Below are positions 41,187-52,219 of a stretch of 64,000 nt of DNA, in pieces. The position numbers and the translations under genes were made by a program. The notes beneath the pieces are model-generated. The model saw only the letters and a list, made by a program, of their open reading frames with translations, was not told the DNA's origin and ran no database searches. Numbering within the stretch: position 1 is the first letter of the stretch; each line of letters begins with the position of its first letter. The stretch lies in contig OX597835.1 in assembly GCA_951406725.2 (NCBI GenBank), forward strand, positions 23,436,001 through 23,500,000, written 5' to 3'. Source of the stretch: Octopus vulgaris (Eukaryota).

Positions 41187-44100
41187 TGTGTGTCTGTGTT
41201 TGTTCCCCTAGCATTGCTTGACAACCGATGCTGGTGTGTTTACGTCCCCGTCACTTAGCGGTTTGGCAAAAGAGACCGATAGAATAAGTACTGGGCTTAC
41301 AAAGAATAAGTCCCGGGGTCGATTTGCTCGACTAAAGGCGGTGCTCCAGCATGGCCGCAGTCAAATGAATGAAACAAGTAAAAGAGTAAAGAGTATCTAA
41401 ACTGTTAATAAATAGATGCAAAAGAGATGGTTGAATAACTGTAAAGCTATTTTTGGGGCATCATGTATATAATACAAGCTTCCTACAATTTCTGTTCATC
41501 ATTTCCACTCACTAAATAATGGTCAACTCAAGGCTACAATAGAAGATGCTTCCTCTTAGTGACACGTTGTGGAAACAAACTCAAAACCACATAACCATGA
41601 GATAGGCAGCACAGCAAAGCTTTTTGTCTACTTTCAGATCCCTATGTGGCCAACTTTACTTTTCATCTACCTGGAGTTGATAAAGTAACAATCAAGCACT
41701 GGGTTAATTCAGTCGACTTACTTCTCCCTTCAGAATTGCTGGCCTTGTGCCTAAATTTGAAACAGTTATTGTTATCAATATGGCTTTGCAATTTCAAAGA
41801 TGTGTGGAATTTGAGACACTTAATTGGAAAATAGCCAACAGTTAACGACAGAAGGACATCTGTCTCAACAATATCTCCATAATATATATTCATCTAACCC
41901 ATGCTTGCATGGAAAATTGTGTGTAAAAATAAATATTAAATCACTGTCAATAAGAATTTATAAACTAATATTTATACCCTAACGTTTATGAGGGTCAGCT
42001 GCAAAATTCATAAACTGACCAAGATCCTCTCATGGAATGTGACCAAATGAGATTTATTTTTCAACATAGTCCGCTTTCGCAGTCCACACACTTCTTTCAT
42101 TGGTGTTGCACTGCTTGGATCCCATTGGTGAAAGAAGCTTTCATCCTGTTGGACAAAAAAACGTCATCAACAGCAGATATGATGTCGTCCTTACCACTAA
42201 GATACTGTCTCCCAGTGTGTTTTCATGTTGAGAAACAGATGATAGATGGGGCCAAATCAGGAGAATAGGAGATGGTGATCAACCAGTTCAAATACACACA
42301 GCTGTCATTGAATGCAAGAACTTGTGTCCTGGAGCATTGTCCTGATGAAACAAAACCCCTTTCATCAGTTTTCCTGGGCATTTGGTCTTGATAGCCTTTC
42401 ATAATTGCCTCAGCAAGTTGTCATAATACTCTCCATTGATGGTGTAACCCTTTTGAAGATAGTCAATAAACACAATGCGTTTTGCATCCCAAAACAGTAA
42501 CACCATCACCTTCTGTACAGAGAAAACGACCTTGGGCTTTGGAGCTGGTGAGGCGGGGGGGTGTTTCCACCACATGGATTGCCTCTTTGTCTCTGGTTCA
42601 AAGTGATGAATCCAACACTTATCCTGGATTAGGAATTTGGATCTACCTCAAAGTGTCACTTTTGATCAGGTGCCCACCAAGCAGACACCTTCATCCTGTC
42701 AAGTTCATTGTGCAGGATATTCTCGACTCTCTCACAGGATATGCTCATAGCATTGGCTGTTTGATTTGTAGTCAATTGCCTGTTATCCCTTACCATGAGG
42801 TGAACACAATCAAGGTTTTTCTCGGTGGTGGCAGCTGCAGAATGTCCAGACCTTGGGTCATCTTCAAAACCTTCCCTTCCCCTCCAAAATTCAGCTGCCT
42901 CCTTTTGCACTGTTGATAAATCTGGAGCATCATGCCCTGATGTTGTAACGATGCCCCAGGGTTGGGGGGACTAAACCCTTTTCTTGCAAGTACTGGATAA
43001 CAGCTTGATGCCAAATTTTGTCCAGTTTCAAGAGAAGTCACTACTAGTTACTTTTGAAGTCTTCTTTGAACAGTCAGATATCGGTTTACCTTGAAAGATA
43101 CAATGCAGGTATTAATAAGGAGAGTTAGAATTAATTCATGAAAGATTTCACAGCTCTAGCATGAAAAGGTGTCTTCATGGTCAGCCTATGAACTTTTTAG
43201 CCTGCCTTCATACAGCTTTGTCTGCTTCAAGATCCAGCATTCCAAAAAAAAAAAAAATTACTAAGCAAAATTAAAATATATGGCTTATGTTTATCTGCAG
43301 GTCGAGTTTGTATCCCAATAGATCCAACAGATGTGGAAAACTTTGATCCATTTACAGTTCCAACCATCTCGTAAGTAATAGATAAATACACTAATCTTTT
43401 CCATTCCAAATTAAAACCTGTTCTCTGTTCTTCCCTCATGCAGTCAATGTCCTACTCAATGGAAGCACTCCGTCGGTTACGACGACGAGGGTTCCGGTTG
43501 ATCCGAATCAACGGAACAGCCTGCTCGTGAAATTAACGTGTAAGTGGCTGAGCACTCCACAGACACGTGTACCCTTAACGTAGTTCTCGGGGATATTCAG
43601 CGTGACACAGAGAGTGACAAGGCCGGCCCTTTGAAATACGACAGAAACAGGAAGTAAGAGTGAGAGAAAGTTGTGGTGAAAGAGTACAGCAGGGATCACC
43701 ACCATCCCCTGCCGGAGCCTCGTGGAGCTTTAGGTGTTTTCGCTCAATAAACACTCACAACGCCCGGTCTGGGAATCGAAACCGCGATCCTATGACCGCG
43801 AGTCCGCTGCCCTAACCACTGGGCCATTGCGCCTCCACCCTACTCAATACAGATAATTCCAATTGACAAACTGTCAAATTGTCCAAGCTTGTCTTCAGCA
43901 TGAGACGTGTGTTCTCACTTTCGAATCAGCATTTTCCATTGAAAATGAAGAAATGTGAAGTGTCTGATGGCTGAAAGTAACTTTAGCACTTTTGGTACCA
44001 AACACTTGAGGCCATTCCTGCTTTTGTGATACAAACTACTTGTTTTAACCATTTTGATACCAGCCCACCTGCGACCACTTCTGGTTTTCTGACACAAACA

Positions 44101-44581
44101 TCTTGTTTTGAAGTGATCTAAAGTAAAACCTTCCAATAAACAATAAAGTTATTTTTACTGCATTCTTCAATATTTTCAAATAAATTGAAACAAACATGGG
44201 AGTGGCAGTGTTGTAGCTTGCTTACCAACCACATGGTTCCGGGTTCAGTCCCACTGTGTGGCACCTTGGGCAAGTGTCTTCTAGTATATCCTCAGGCCAA
44301 CCAAAGCCTTTTGAGTGGATTTGGTAGGTGGAAACTGAAAAAAGCCTGTTGTATACATATGTGTATGAATATGTATAAGTATGTATATATGTACATATAT
44401 GAATGTATGTATGTATATGTGTGTGTATATACATGTGTATGTATATGCATGTATGTATATTTATGTATATATGTATGCATATATATATACGTGTGTGTGT
44501 ATATACATGTGTGTGTATATGTATGTATACATGTATGTGTATGTATATATATTTATATAAATGTGTGTGTGTGTGTATATA

Positions 44582-44631
<50 letters not shown>

Positions 44632-47400
44632 AAGTGTCACATATTGGAGGAGGCTCTCAGTAATAACAGTGTAGCAAAACAGCAGTGCATCAGCATGGCC
44701 ACAGCTCTGAGCTGAAACTACAGGAAAATAACAAGTATGTGTGTATATATGTACGCATATATATGTCTATGTATATGTATATGTATATACATATGTATGT
44801 GTATGTATATACATATGTATGTGTATGTATATACATATGTATGTGTATGTATATACATATGTATGTGTATGTATATACATATGTATGTGTATGTATATAC
44901 ATATGTATGTGTATGTATATACATATGTATGTGTATGTATATACATGTGTATGTGTATGTATATACATGTGTATGTATATACATATGTATGTGTATGTAT
45001 ATACATATGTATGTATATATGCATTGGTTTCATGTTAATATCTTAACAACTTTTCAAGCCAACCACATGGAAGAATGGTGTTCATCTCCATTTTGAATAG
45101 CTATAAAGATATTTTTCTTGACACGAAACCAATGATATTCTTAATACACAAATGAAGAAATCTTATCCATCAATGCAATGTTAAGCACTCATTTTCATTA
45201 TTCGGCATATACAAATTATATATTATGGACTATATGTTTTGTTTTGTTGAATATTCCCCCAGTTTGTGGAAAAATTGTCTTGCATTAAAGTGGTTCGTGG
45301 TGCAGAAGTGGTTGGGGACCCACTGGCTGAGTGTAGTGAGTTCTAGTCTAGCCTAGTGGCGAACTACCCCTGGATGCGTTCTGTGCATGTGAAACTTCTC
45401 CAGCATTCTCTGTACAACCTGGGAAGTCCCATGCCCTTCCCTGCCACCTTTGAGTAGATTACTGGGGAACTTTAGCTACTATGACTAAATTTGTGATGAA
45501 TCCTGGGGTGGCTTCCCATAGCTTTCTGCAAGCAGGTGAGATTTGAACTCAGATTGTAGAGCGCCAGAAGATCTACTTTAAAGCATTTCTATTGGCGCAC
45601 CAACAATTCTGTCACTCTCCCACTCTAAAAGCAACATGAAATGAAGTGTTTTGCTCAAAAATACGATGTGCTGACCAGTCTGAGAATTGAACCCACTATC
45701 TAACAACCATGAGTGCAACACCCTAACTACTAGGCCACGTGCCTTATATTACCGTATTGCTTTACTTACTTGTTATTATGTTTGTGTGTCCTTTTCTCTA
45801 GCCAACTGATTGATGAAATAAACACAACTTCTGAGAATGAGGAAAATTTGAAGATCAAAGGTGAGTCCTCTCTCTCTCTCTCTTTTGTGGAATTTCACAA
45901 ATGTAATTTATTCTTGTGTTTCACTTGGATCCTCTTCTCCCACTCAATTTTTCTGTTTTTAGATTATAAGAGAACTTCTTTGAAGGAAGGTGTGGAGATA
46001 TTTGAAAATTTCTTGAAAAAACTTAAGAAAACTTGGGAAGGTGCCATGATCAAAGAAAGTGGTATGTCTTATTTTACAAAAAATTTCCTTAGAATATATA
46101 TGTGTGTGCATTTGATTATTGATAGATGCAAGACATGGCTGTGTGGTTAAAATGCTTACTTTCCGACCATGTGGTCTTAGGTTCAGTTCCTACTGTCTCT
46201 CTCTCTCTCTCCTCTGGACCACTTCTTTCTCACTCATCCTCTTGCTTTGTCCACCTCAGCTATTGCCTGTCACTCTCTTCTTGTCTCTGCTCCCTAATAA
46301 CTGTCTTTACCATCCTACTCTTGCCCTTTTCACCTACCCACTCCAGCCTTCTGCTGTTCCCTTCCTCAATCACTTTACCCAAACAAAAGTATGTTGCAGG
46401 TACTCCAAGGATATTTGAACTGATAATAACTTAGTGCTAGAGAAATTGATTTGGCCTTGGTGAGACAGGACTAAAAAGATTTCACAATCTCGGCTCTTTC
46501 TTCTTGAAGCACATCTGCTTATTCCATTATTACAATCCAATATGTGGCCATAGTTGCTGCTGTATGTTAGTCAAAATATATATTAAAATTGATAATTTGT
46601 AATTCCGGATCTTTTCCTTTTGAACGGCAGGCAATTTCTAATTAACTAAACACTTTAAAACTTCGTATACTGGTAGAATGTGTCAAAATAAAACATTTTT
46701 TTCTCTTGGCTTTCTTGAGAAAATTGTAATTTGTTTGTTTAACGTAGTTTAATTTTTCGAATTTTAACCAATCCTATGCTCTCTTTTGAGCTAAAATCAT
46801 TTGCTGTGTCTAAAACTGATACAATATCCTGTAACTAACCCTAAACTTCCCCCCTAACCCTAATCCAAAATTTTTTTTCTTAATTGTTAAATTAATTTAA
46901 TTGTTACGCATGTAAAAAAAACTAAAGCAATGGAATTAAATTAATTTAACAATTAAGGAAAAAAAAATTAGGGTTAGGGTTAGGGGGGTTTAGGGTTAGT
47001 TACAGGATGTTGTCTCAGTTTTAGATGCAGCAAATGATTTTAGTTGAATGGAGGTAATCGATTGGTTAAAATTGCCGAAATGCTCGGATTTTCAGACGAA
47101 ATATCTTACAAACTATAGAATTTTCTCAATAAAACCAAGAGAAAATGATGTTTTATAAACACATTCTACCAGTATACGAAGTTTAAAAGTGTTTAGTTAA
47201 CTAGAATTGTGTTGACATCTGCCGTTCAAAAGGAAAAGATCCGTAATTCCTATTAGGAATTGAAACGTGTCATGGAAAATAAATAGTATCAAAAAATTTC
47301 CACTTTCCTGTTTTCTTCTATACACACACACCATCAGATTATTTTCTTTTCTCTATTGTTTTTTCTTCTTCTTCTTTCAGATCTAAAAATGGAGCTGTAG
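25585..47400 (+). CDS. PRIM1: DNA primase small (catalytic) subunit, complete 13-exon gene: join(25585-25696,26650-26807,29176-29282,30589-30662,31755-31891,35786-35844,37592-37701,38697-38785,40484-40610,43301-43370,45802-45860,45963-46061,47381-47400); 1221 nt, 406 aa
   Basis: The manually spliced exons are phase-consistent and translate to a protein colinear with animal PRIM1: [79 protein letters not shown] (catalytic DxD and Zn Cys), [67 protein letters not shown]. Confidence 0.97.
26650..26807 (+). CDS. PRIM1: PRIM1 exon 2
   Basis: Acceptor tctttgcag, (A)[52 protein letters not shown], donor GTGATA. Confidence 0.95.
27064..27295 (-). mobile_element. SINE family B (Nin-domain-like) nested in a family A copy in PRIM1 intron 2
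   Basis: Reverse complement reads ggcggcgagctggcagaaacgttagc...gcctttcatcctttcggggtcgataaa...agtac, resembling the Nin/Deu central domain. Other copies at 34592-34773, 36132-36360, 53840-54070, 60221-60433. Confidence 0.82.
29176..29282 (+). CDS. PRIM1: PRIM1 exon 3 (catalytic DxD motif)
   Basis: Acceptor ctcttgcag, [35 protein letters not shown](S), donor GTAAGA. Confidence 0.96.
29641..30010 (-). mobile_element. CR1-clade LINE 3' end fragment
   Basis: Minus strand: [36 protein letters not shown] (CR1 ORF2 C-terminus) plus (ATT)n tail. Confidence 0.8.
30589..30662 (+). CDS. PRIM1: PRIM1 exon 4
   Basis: Acceptor tgtttcag, [24 protein letters not shown], donor GTAAGT. Confidence 0.95.
31755..31891 (+). 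CDS. PRIM1: PRIM1 exon 5 (SGRRGxH motif)
   Basis: Acceptor ttttctcag, (D)[45 protein letters not shown], donor GTTTGT. Confidence 0.96.
34592..34773 (+). mobile_element. SINE family B copy with 20-bp TSD
   Basis: Flanked by atataacctctgtctttgga direct repeats. Confidence 0.85.
35491..35708. mobile_element. Mariner-type MITE
   Basis: Inverted ends gagggtgctgaaaagttcctggct / agccaggaagtttccagcatcccctc. Confidence 0.65.
35786..35844 (+). CDS. PRIM1: PRIM1 exon 6
   Basis: Acceptor attcttag, [19 protein letters not shown](E), donor GTGAGT. Confidence 0.93.
37592..37701 (+). CDS. PRIM1: PRIM1 exon 7 (ends at U12-type AT donor)
   Basis: Acceptor cattacag, [36 protein letters not shown], followed by ATATCCTTT. 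Confidence 0.92.
37702..38696 (+). other. U12-type (minor spliceosome) AT-AC intron 7 of PRIM1
   Basis: 5' end ATATCCTTT is the U12 consensus. 3' end is TTCTCTTTAAT-GAGACAC (branch-like motif, then CAC). Splicing at these points keeps the PRIM1 frame (phase 1). Confidence 0.88.
38697..38785 (+). CDS. PRIM1: PRIM1 exon 8
   Basis: (N)[29 protein letters not shown] aligns to the PRIM1 'LQ..F....NS..RW..L' segment; donor GTAAGT. Confidence 0.85.
39848..40287 (-). mobile_element. CR1-clade LINE 3' end fragment
   Basis: Minus strand: [63 protein letters not shown]; highly similar to 29641-30010. Confidence 0.85.
40484..40610 (+). CDS. PRIM1: PRIM1 exon 9 (third catalytic Asp, PRLD)
   Basis: Acceptor ttctttcag, [42 protein letters not shown], donor GTATGT. 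Confidence 0.96.
40988..41395 (+). mobile_element. SINE family A copy in PRIM1 intron 9
   Basis: Full head to tail. Confidence 0.9.
41989..43210 (-). mobile_element. Near full-length degenerate mariner element in PRIM1 intron 9
   Basis: TA-flanked imperfect TIRs (tgagggtcagctgcaaaattcataaactgacca / tggtcagcctatgaactttttagcctgccttca). Minus-strand remnants [44 protein letters not shown]. Confidence 0.88.
43301..43370 (+). CDS. PRIM1: PRIM1 exon 10
   Basis: Acceptor tatctgcag, (G)[22 protein letters not shown](S), donor GTAAGT. Confidence 0.95.
43461..43838 (-). mobile_element. Young tRNA-derived SINE family D with 10-bp TSD
   Basis: Minus-strand head gtggaggcgcaatggcccagtggttagggcagcggactc...ggtttcgattcccagacc (A and B boxes), CpGs intact; TSD cctactcaat at 43451-43460 and 43839-43848. 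Confidence 0.88.
44780..45015. repeat. 22-bp minisatellite (atatgtatgtgtatgtatatac)n
   Basis: About ten tandem units read directly. Confidence 0.85.
45802..45860 (+). CDS. PRIM1: PRIM1 exon 11
   Basis: Acceptor ttttctctag, [19 protein letters not shown], donor GTGAGT. Confidence 0.9.
45963..46061 (+). CDS. PRIM1: PRIM1 exon 12
   Basis: Acceptor gtttttag, (D)[32 protein letters not shown], donor GTATGT. Confidence 0.93.
46607..47242. mobile_element. Fold-back MITE (GGATC TIR family) with 8-bp TSD and internal telomere-like repeats, in PRIM1 intron 12
   Basis: TIR ggatcttttccttttgaacggcag; TSD gtaattcc; arms complementary over nearly the whole length; ccctaa / ttaggg tracts near the centre. 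Confidence 0.9.
47381..47400 (+). CDS. PRIM1: PRIM1 terminal coding exon 13
   Basis: Long pyrimidine tract plus ttcag, (D)LKMEL*; resembles the short DL...* C-terminus of animal PRIM1. Confidence 0.85.
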
Positions 47401-47489
47401 TGAAAAAGAAAGAATATTTGCAAAAGGACTGACATTTTGACATGTTACATTTTGGAATTCTTTCATTTCTATCATGGCACATTAGCTGA

Positions 47490-48880
47490 AACATTACATC
47501 AGGCAAAATGCTTTGAGGTTTTTCTTCAAGCTCTTTACATTCTGAGTTCAATTCCCAAGGTTCATCCTTTCAGGCTTGATAAAATAAGTACCAGTTGAAC
47601 ACTGAGATCCCTATAATCGACTTAAGCCTTCCCCTTAAAAATTGTTGGCCTTATGCTAAAGTAAGAAGGATTATTGTAATTATTATTATTATCATTATTA
47701 TTATTATTATTATTATCATTATTATTATTAAGGCAGTAAGCTGGCAGAATTGTTAGCACACTAGGCAAAATGCTTAGCAGTATTTCATCCATTTTTATGA
47801 TCTGAGTTCAAGTTCTGCCATGGTTAGCTTTGACTTTCATTCTTTCAGGGTCAATAAATTAAGTACCAGCAAAATACTGGGGTCAGTGTAATTAACTAGT
47901 CCTCTCCCCACTAATTTCAGGTTTTGTACCTTCAGTAGAAAGAATTATTATTATTATTATTATTAAGGCAGAATCGTTAGCATGCAAGGCAAAATGCTTA
48001 GCAGCATTTGGTCCGTCTTTTCATTCTGAGTTCAAATGCTGCCGAGGTCCACTTTGTCTTTCATCCTTTCGAGATCAATGAAATAAGTACCAGTTATCCT
48101 CTAGAGTGTATGTAATTGATTAGCCCCGCTCCCCTGAAATTGCTGGCCTTGTGCCAAACCCTGAAACCAATAACAACAACAATAATAATAAAGTTGGCAT
48201 TTACGTTATTATTGTTATTGGTTTCAAATTTTGGCACAAGGCCAGCAATTTCGAGGGAGTGGGTAATTCAGTACTATCAGCCCCACGGCTCAACTGGTAA
48301 TTTTTTTTTTTTTGTATTAAACTCGAAAGGATGAAATACAAAGTTGACCTCCGCAGAATTTCAAAAATACAATAATAAATAATAATTATGAAATTATTGT
48401 ACATAGTACTCGGGTGCACTACAACGCATCAAAGGTGCATGAACAGTGAATAGAATTATGTACAAAAGTTAGGAAGGTGAACAGTATGAGTCATGTGTGC
48501 ATGTGTATGGAGGTGGGGATATCAGGTGTGGTGTTGGCGAATTTCAGAAAGCATGGAGGTTTTAAAGTATTGAACTCAGAATGGAAAGACGGATGAAATG
48601 CCACTGAGCATTTTGCCTGGTGTACTAACAATTCTGCCAGCTTGCTGCCCTCTGTTGTTATTACTAAGAAGAAGAAGACGGAGAGCTGGCTGAATCATTA
48701 GCACACTCGGTAACATTTCTGCCGTCTCTTTAAATTTCAAGTTCAAATCCCACCAGGATCAACTTTGCCTTTCGTCCTTTTGCGCGTTGATAAAATAAAT
48801 ACTAATTGAACACCGGATTTAATGTAATCAACATACCTCCTCCCCCTAAATTTTCCTGGCCCTGTGCAAAATTTGAAATC
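47490..48880. mobile_element. Cluster of family-B-related SINEs in both orientations plus a CR1 3' fragment (48365-48569), directly after the PRIM1 stop
   Basis: Plus copies ~47490-47660, 47730-47945, 47965-48170, 48680-48880; minus copy 48222-48650 split by a CR1 tail. Confidence 0.78.
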
Positions 48881-48918
48881 ATTATTGTTATTGTATATAT
48901 TATTTAGTATCTTTGATG

Positions 48919-48945
48919 AAATAAAAGTATTGTGTTTGTTTCTGT
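48919..48945 (+). terminator. Candidate PRIM1 polyadenylation signal
   Basis: AATAAA followed by GT-rich gtattgtgtttgtttctgtc; other AATAAA hexamers exist upstream (e.g. ~48187). Confidence 0.3.
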
Positions 48946-50583
48946 CTAAGTTTTTAATTGTGTGCAACAAAATTTTTTTACTTGTTTGTATCATTAGATT
49001 GTGGCCATGCTGGGGCACCACCTCAAATTTTAGCCAAATGAATCCACCCTGGTACTTACTTTTTTAAATCTGGTACTTACTCTATTGGTCTCTTTTTACC
49101 AAAGCACTAAGTTACGAGAATGTAAACATAGCAGCACTGCTTGTCATATGGTGATGAGGGACAAACACATACACACACATGTATATATGACAGGGCTTCT
49201 TTTAATTTCCATCCAGAAGCCTTTGGTCGGCCAAAGGCTATATAGTAGAAGACACTTACCCAAGGTGCCATGCTGTGGGACTGAACCCGGAACCATGTAG
49301 TTGGGAAGCAAACTTCTTACCACACAGCACTACCTACGCCTATATTTGTATAAACATATATATTCCTGTATCTATTTATATTAAATGTATTTTAAATTTT
49401 AAGCTTGCTTTCCAACCACATGGTTCTGGGTTCAGTCCCACTGCATGGCACCTTGGGCTATAGTCTTCTGCTATAGCTTTGGGCCGACCAAAGCCTTGTG
49501 AGTGGATTTGGTAGACAGAAACTGAAAGAAACCCACCATGGGTGGGTGTGTGTGTGTATATGTATTTGTCCCCTCACCATCGTTTGACAATCGATGTTGG
49601 TGTGTTCATGTTCCCTGTAACTTAGTGGTTCAGCAAAAGAGACTCAACTGAGTCCACACGAGATTTTTTTTTTTTTGTTTTTGTTATACTTCTGCAATAC
49701 AGAAAATATTTTGACAATATTTTTTAATACAATTCCTAATAATATTTAATTATGAAAATATAGAATGTTTTTAAGCTTCAAATGGCAAGGAAAATCCATC
49801 TGAATAAAATAATAATCTTAGGAGGATACATAGGTAAAAAAAAAATGGTTGAGAAATTGGTATAGGTGCAGGGGTGGCTGTGTGGTAAGTAGCTTGCTTA
49901 CCAGCCACATGGTTCCGAGTTCAGTCCCGCTGCATGGCATCTTGGGCAAGTGTCTTCTGCTATAGCCCCGGGCCGACCAATGCCTTGTGAGTGGATTTGG
50001 TAGACGGAAACTGAAAGAAGCCTGTCGTATATATGTACATATATATATAAGTGTGTGTGTATATGTTTGTGTGTCTGTGTTTGTCCCCCTAGCATTGCTT
50101 GACAACCGATGCTGGTGTGTTTACGTCCCCGTCACTTAGCGGTTTGGCAAAAGAGACCGATAGAATAAGTACTGGGCTTACAAAGAATAAGTCCCGGGGT
50201 CGATTTGCTCGACTAAAGGCGGTGCTCCAGCATGGCCGCAGTCAAATGACTGAAACAAGTAAAAGAGTGTATTGAAGATGTCTTGTTACTAATATTCATT
50301 CAAAAGTGATATTTAACACTGTAAATTTGAAAGCACCCAGCAGTATTTGTGAAGTGGTTGGCATTAAGAAGGGCATCAAGCCAAATCTGACCGGAACTCG
50401 TGCAGCTCTCCTGCTTGCCAGTGCTGGTCAAACTATGGTTGCCATGCCAGCATGGAAAACACATTAAATAATGATGAAGTTGACATAATTTTTCTCCTTT
50501 TATACTACTCTCCTCTATCTCTTTGTAAGTTTCCGAGAACCTGATTTGAAAAATTCACTGGGTTCTGAATTAAAATATATGTT

Positions 50584-50811
50584 TAACCCTTTAGTGTTCA
50601 GATTACTCTGTTAAATGTAATATTTTTTTTATTCAAATTGTTTTGAATTAATCAAACGTTATCTCATAGCTTTAAGGTTTCAATGATGTGATTGTTTATT
50701 TTTAGAATGGCATTGTAGGTTAGGTGTGAGAGGCTAGATATTACCAGTTTGAATATAAAACACATAGAATATTTCAGTCGGATATGGCCGGTTTAAACAC
50801 TAAAGGGTTAA
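50584..50811. mobile_element. piggyBac-like MITE (TTAA|CCCTTTAG ... CTAAAGGG|TTAA)
   Basis: TTAA target and CCCT termini. Related copies at ~4294-4500, 28141-28330, 31980-32490, 54616-54843, 55045-55250; a second TTAACCCTTTCG family at 55241-55458. Confidence 0.75.
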
Positions 50812-51344
50812 TTTATTTTCTATGACTTCACCATTGGCCATGCTTTTCTTGTCTAAATGGTTTTGCAATGTTCTAAAATAAATGGATGTCTGGGGGATTA
50901 ATTGTGCTTTTTCTTGTGGTTTTGAGATGAGGTGATTACTCTTATTCTTCACTCTTTTACTTGTTTCAGTCATGTGACTGTGGCCATGCTGGAGCACCGC
51001 CTTTAGTCGATCAAATCGACCCCAGGACTTATTCTTTGTAAGCCTAGTACTTATTTTATCGGTCTCTTTTTTGCCGAACCGCTAAGTTACGGGGACGTAA
51101 ACACACCAGCATCGGTTGTCAAGCGATATTGGGGGGACAAACACATACATATATACAACGGGCTTCTTTCAGTTTCCGTCTACCAAATCCACTCACAAGA
51201 CTTTGGTCGGCCCGAGGCTATAGTAGAAGACACTTGCCCAAGGTGCCACGCAGTGGGGCTGAATCCGGAACCATGTGGTTGGTAAACAAGCTACTTACCA
51301 GACAGCCACTCCTGATTGTTTATTTTTAGAATACCTAGAAAAGA

Positions 51345-51604
51345 GCAAAGTTGCAGAAGCATTGATGACAATTCAAAACCAACATGACATGGGAGAAGAA
51401 GGATTTCTCTCAGGGAAATATATGATCCCAGAAGGGGATCAGAAGCGAGAATACCCTAAAAATAGCTGGAGGTGAGAAACTGAGGTGGAGTTGTAAAAGA
51501 GGGGTCCAACAGGAGAGCAGCAAAAAAATACAGCTCAGAATCAAGAACTGGAGAAAAGTCATCAATGGCTTATGTTCCATAGAGAACAAAAGGGCTTAAG
51601 TAAG
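51345..51604 (+). mobile_element. RTE-clade LINE 3' end remnant
   Basis: PEGDQKREYPKNSWR (cf. P.GKR.RGRPKNTWRR), AQN...W..VINGLCS, (TAAG)n tail. Confidence 0.55.
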
Positions 51605-52184
51605 ATGTGTCCATCTTTTTTTCAGGATAATAGGGTGTGATATGAGAAAATTTAGTTGCTATTTCTAGCAAGTTGAAGGACTACCTAGTTGACTCATCTG
51701 ACCTATATTTCTCTGAAGAGATTATTTAAAAAATCCAAATATAATTTTAGAGTAAGACTACTTACAAATTCTTATATATCAGATATTTTAATACCACTGC
51801 TAAGGAGATAGATTAACCTTTTGGTATATAATCTGGCCATATCCAGCCAAAAAATTCTTCCTGTTTTTATGCTCAAACCGACCATATCCAGCCTTTCTCA
51901 CCTACACTACAATGTCATTCTAAAACTATACAATCACTCCATCCCAAAACTATGATATAACACATGATTAATTCAAAACAATACTTTACTTACTTTTACT
52001 TTTACTTGTTTCAGTCATTTGACTGCGGCCATGCTGGAGCACCGCCTTTAGTCGAGCAAATCGACCCCGGGACTTATTCTTTGTAAGCCCAGTACTTATT
52101 CTATCGGTCTCTTTTTGCCGAACCGCTAAGTGACGGGGACATAAACACACCAGCATCGGTTGTCAAGCAATGCTAGGGGGACAA

Positions 52185-52219
<35 letters not shown>

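Noticed and set aside
43760-43838. tRNA-like sequence on the minus strand
   Set aside because: It is the head of a TSD-flanked SINE with no proper acceptor stem; not called as a tRNA gene.
44780-45015. Regularly spaced repeats, superficially CRISPR-like
   Set aside because: Tandem minisatellite without unique spacers, in a eukaryotic intron, with no cas genes.
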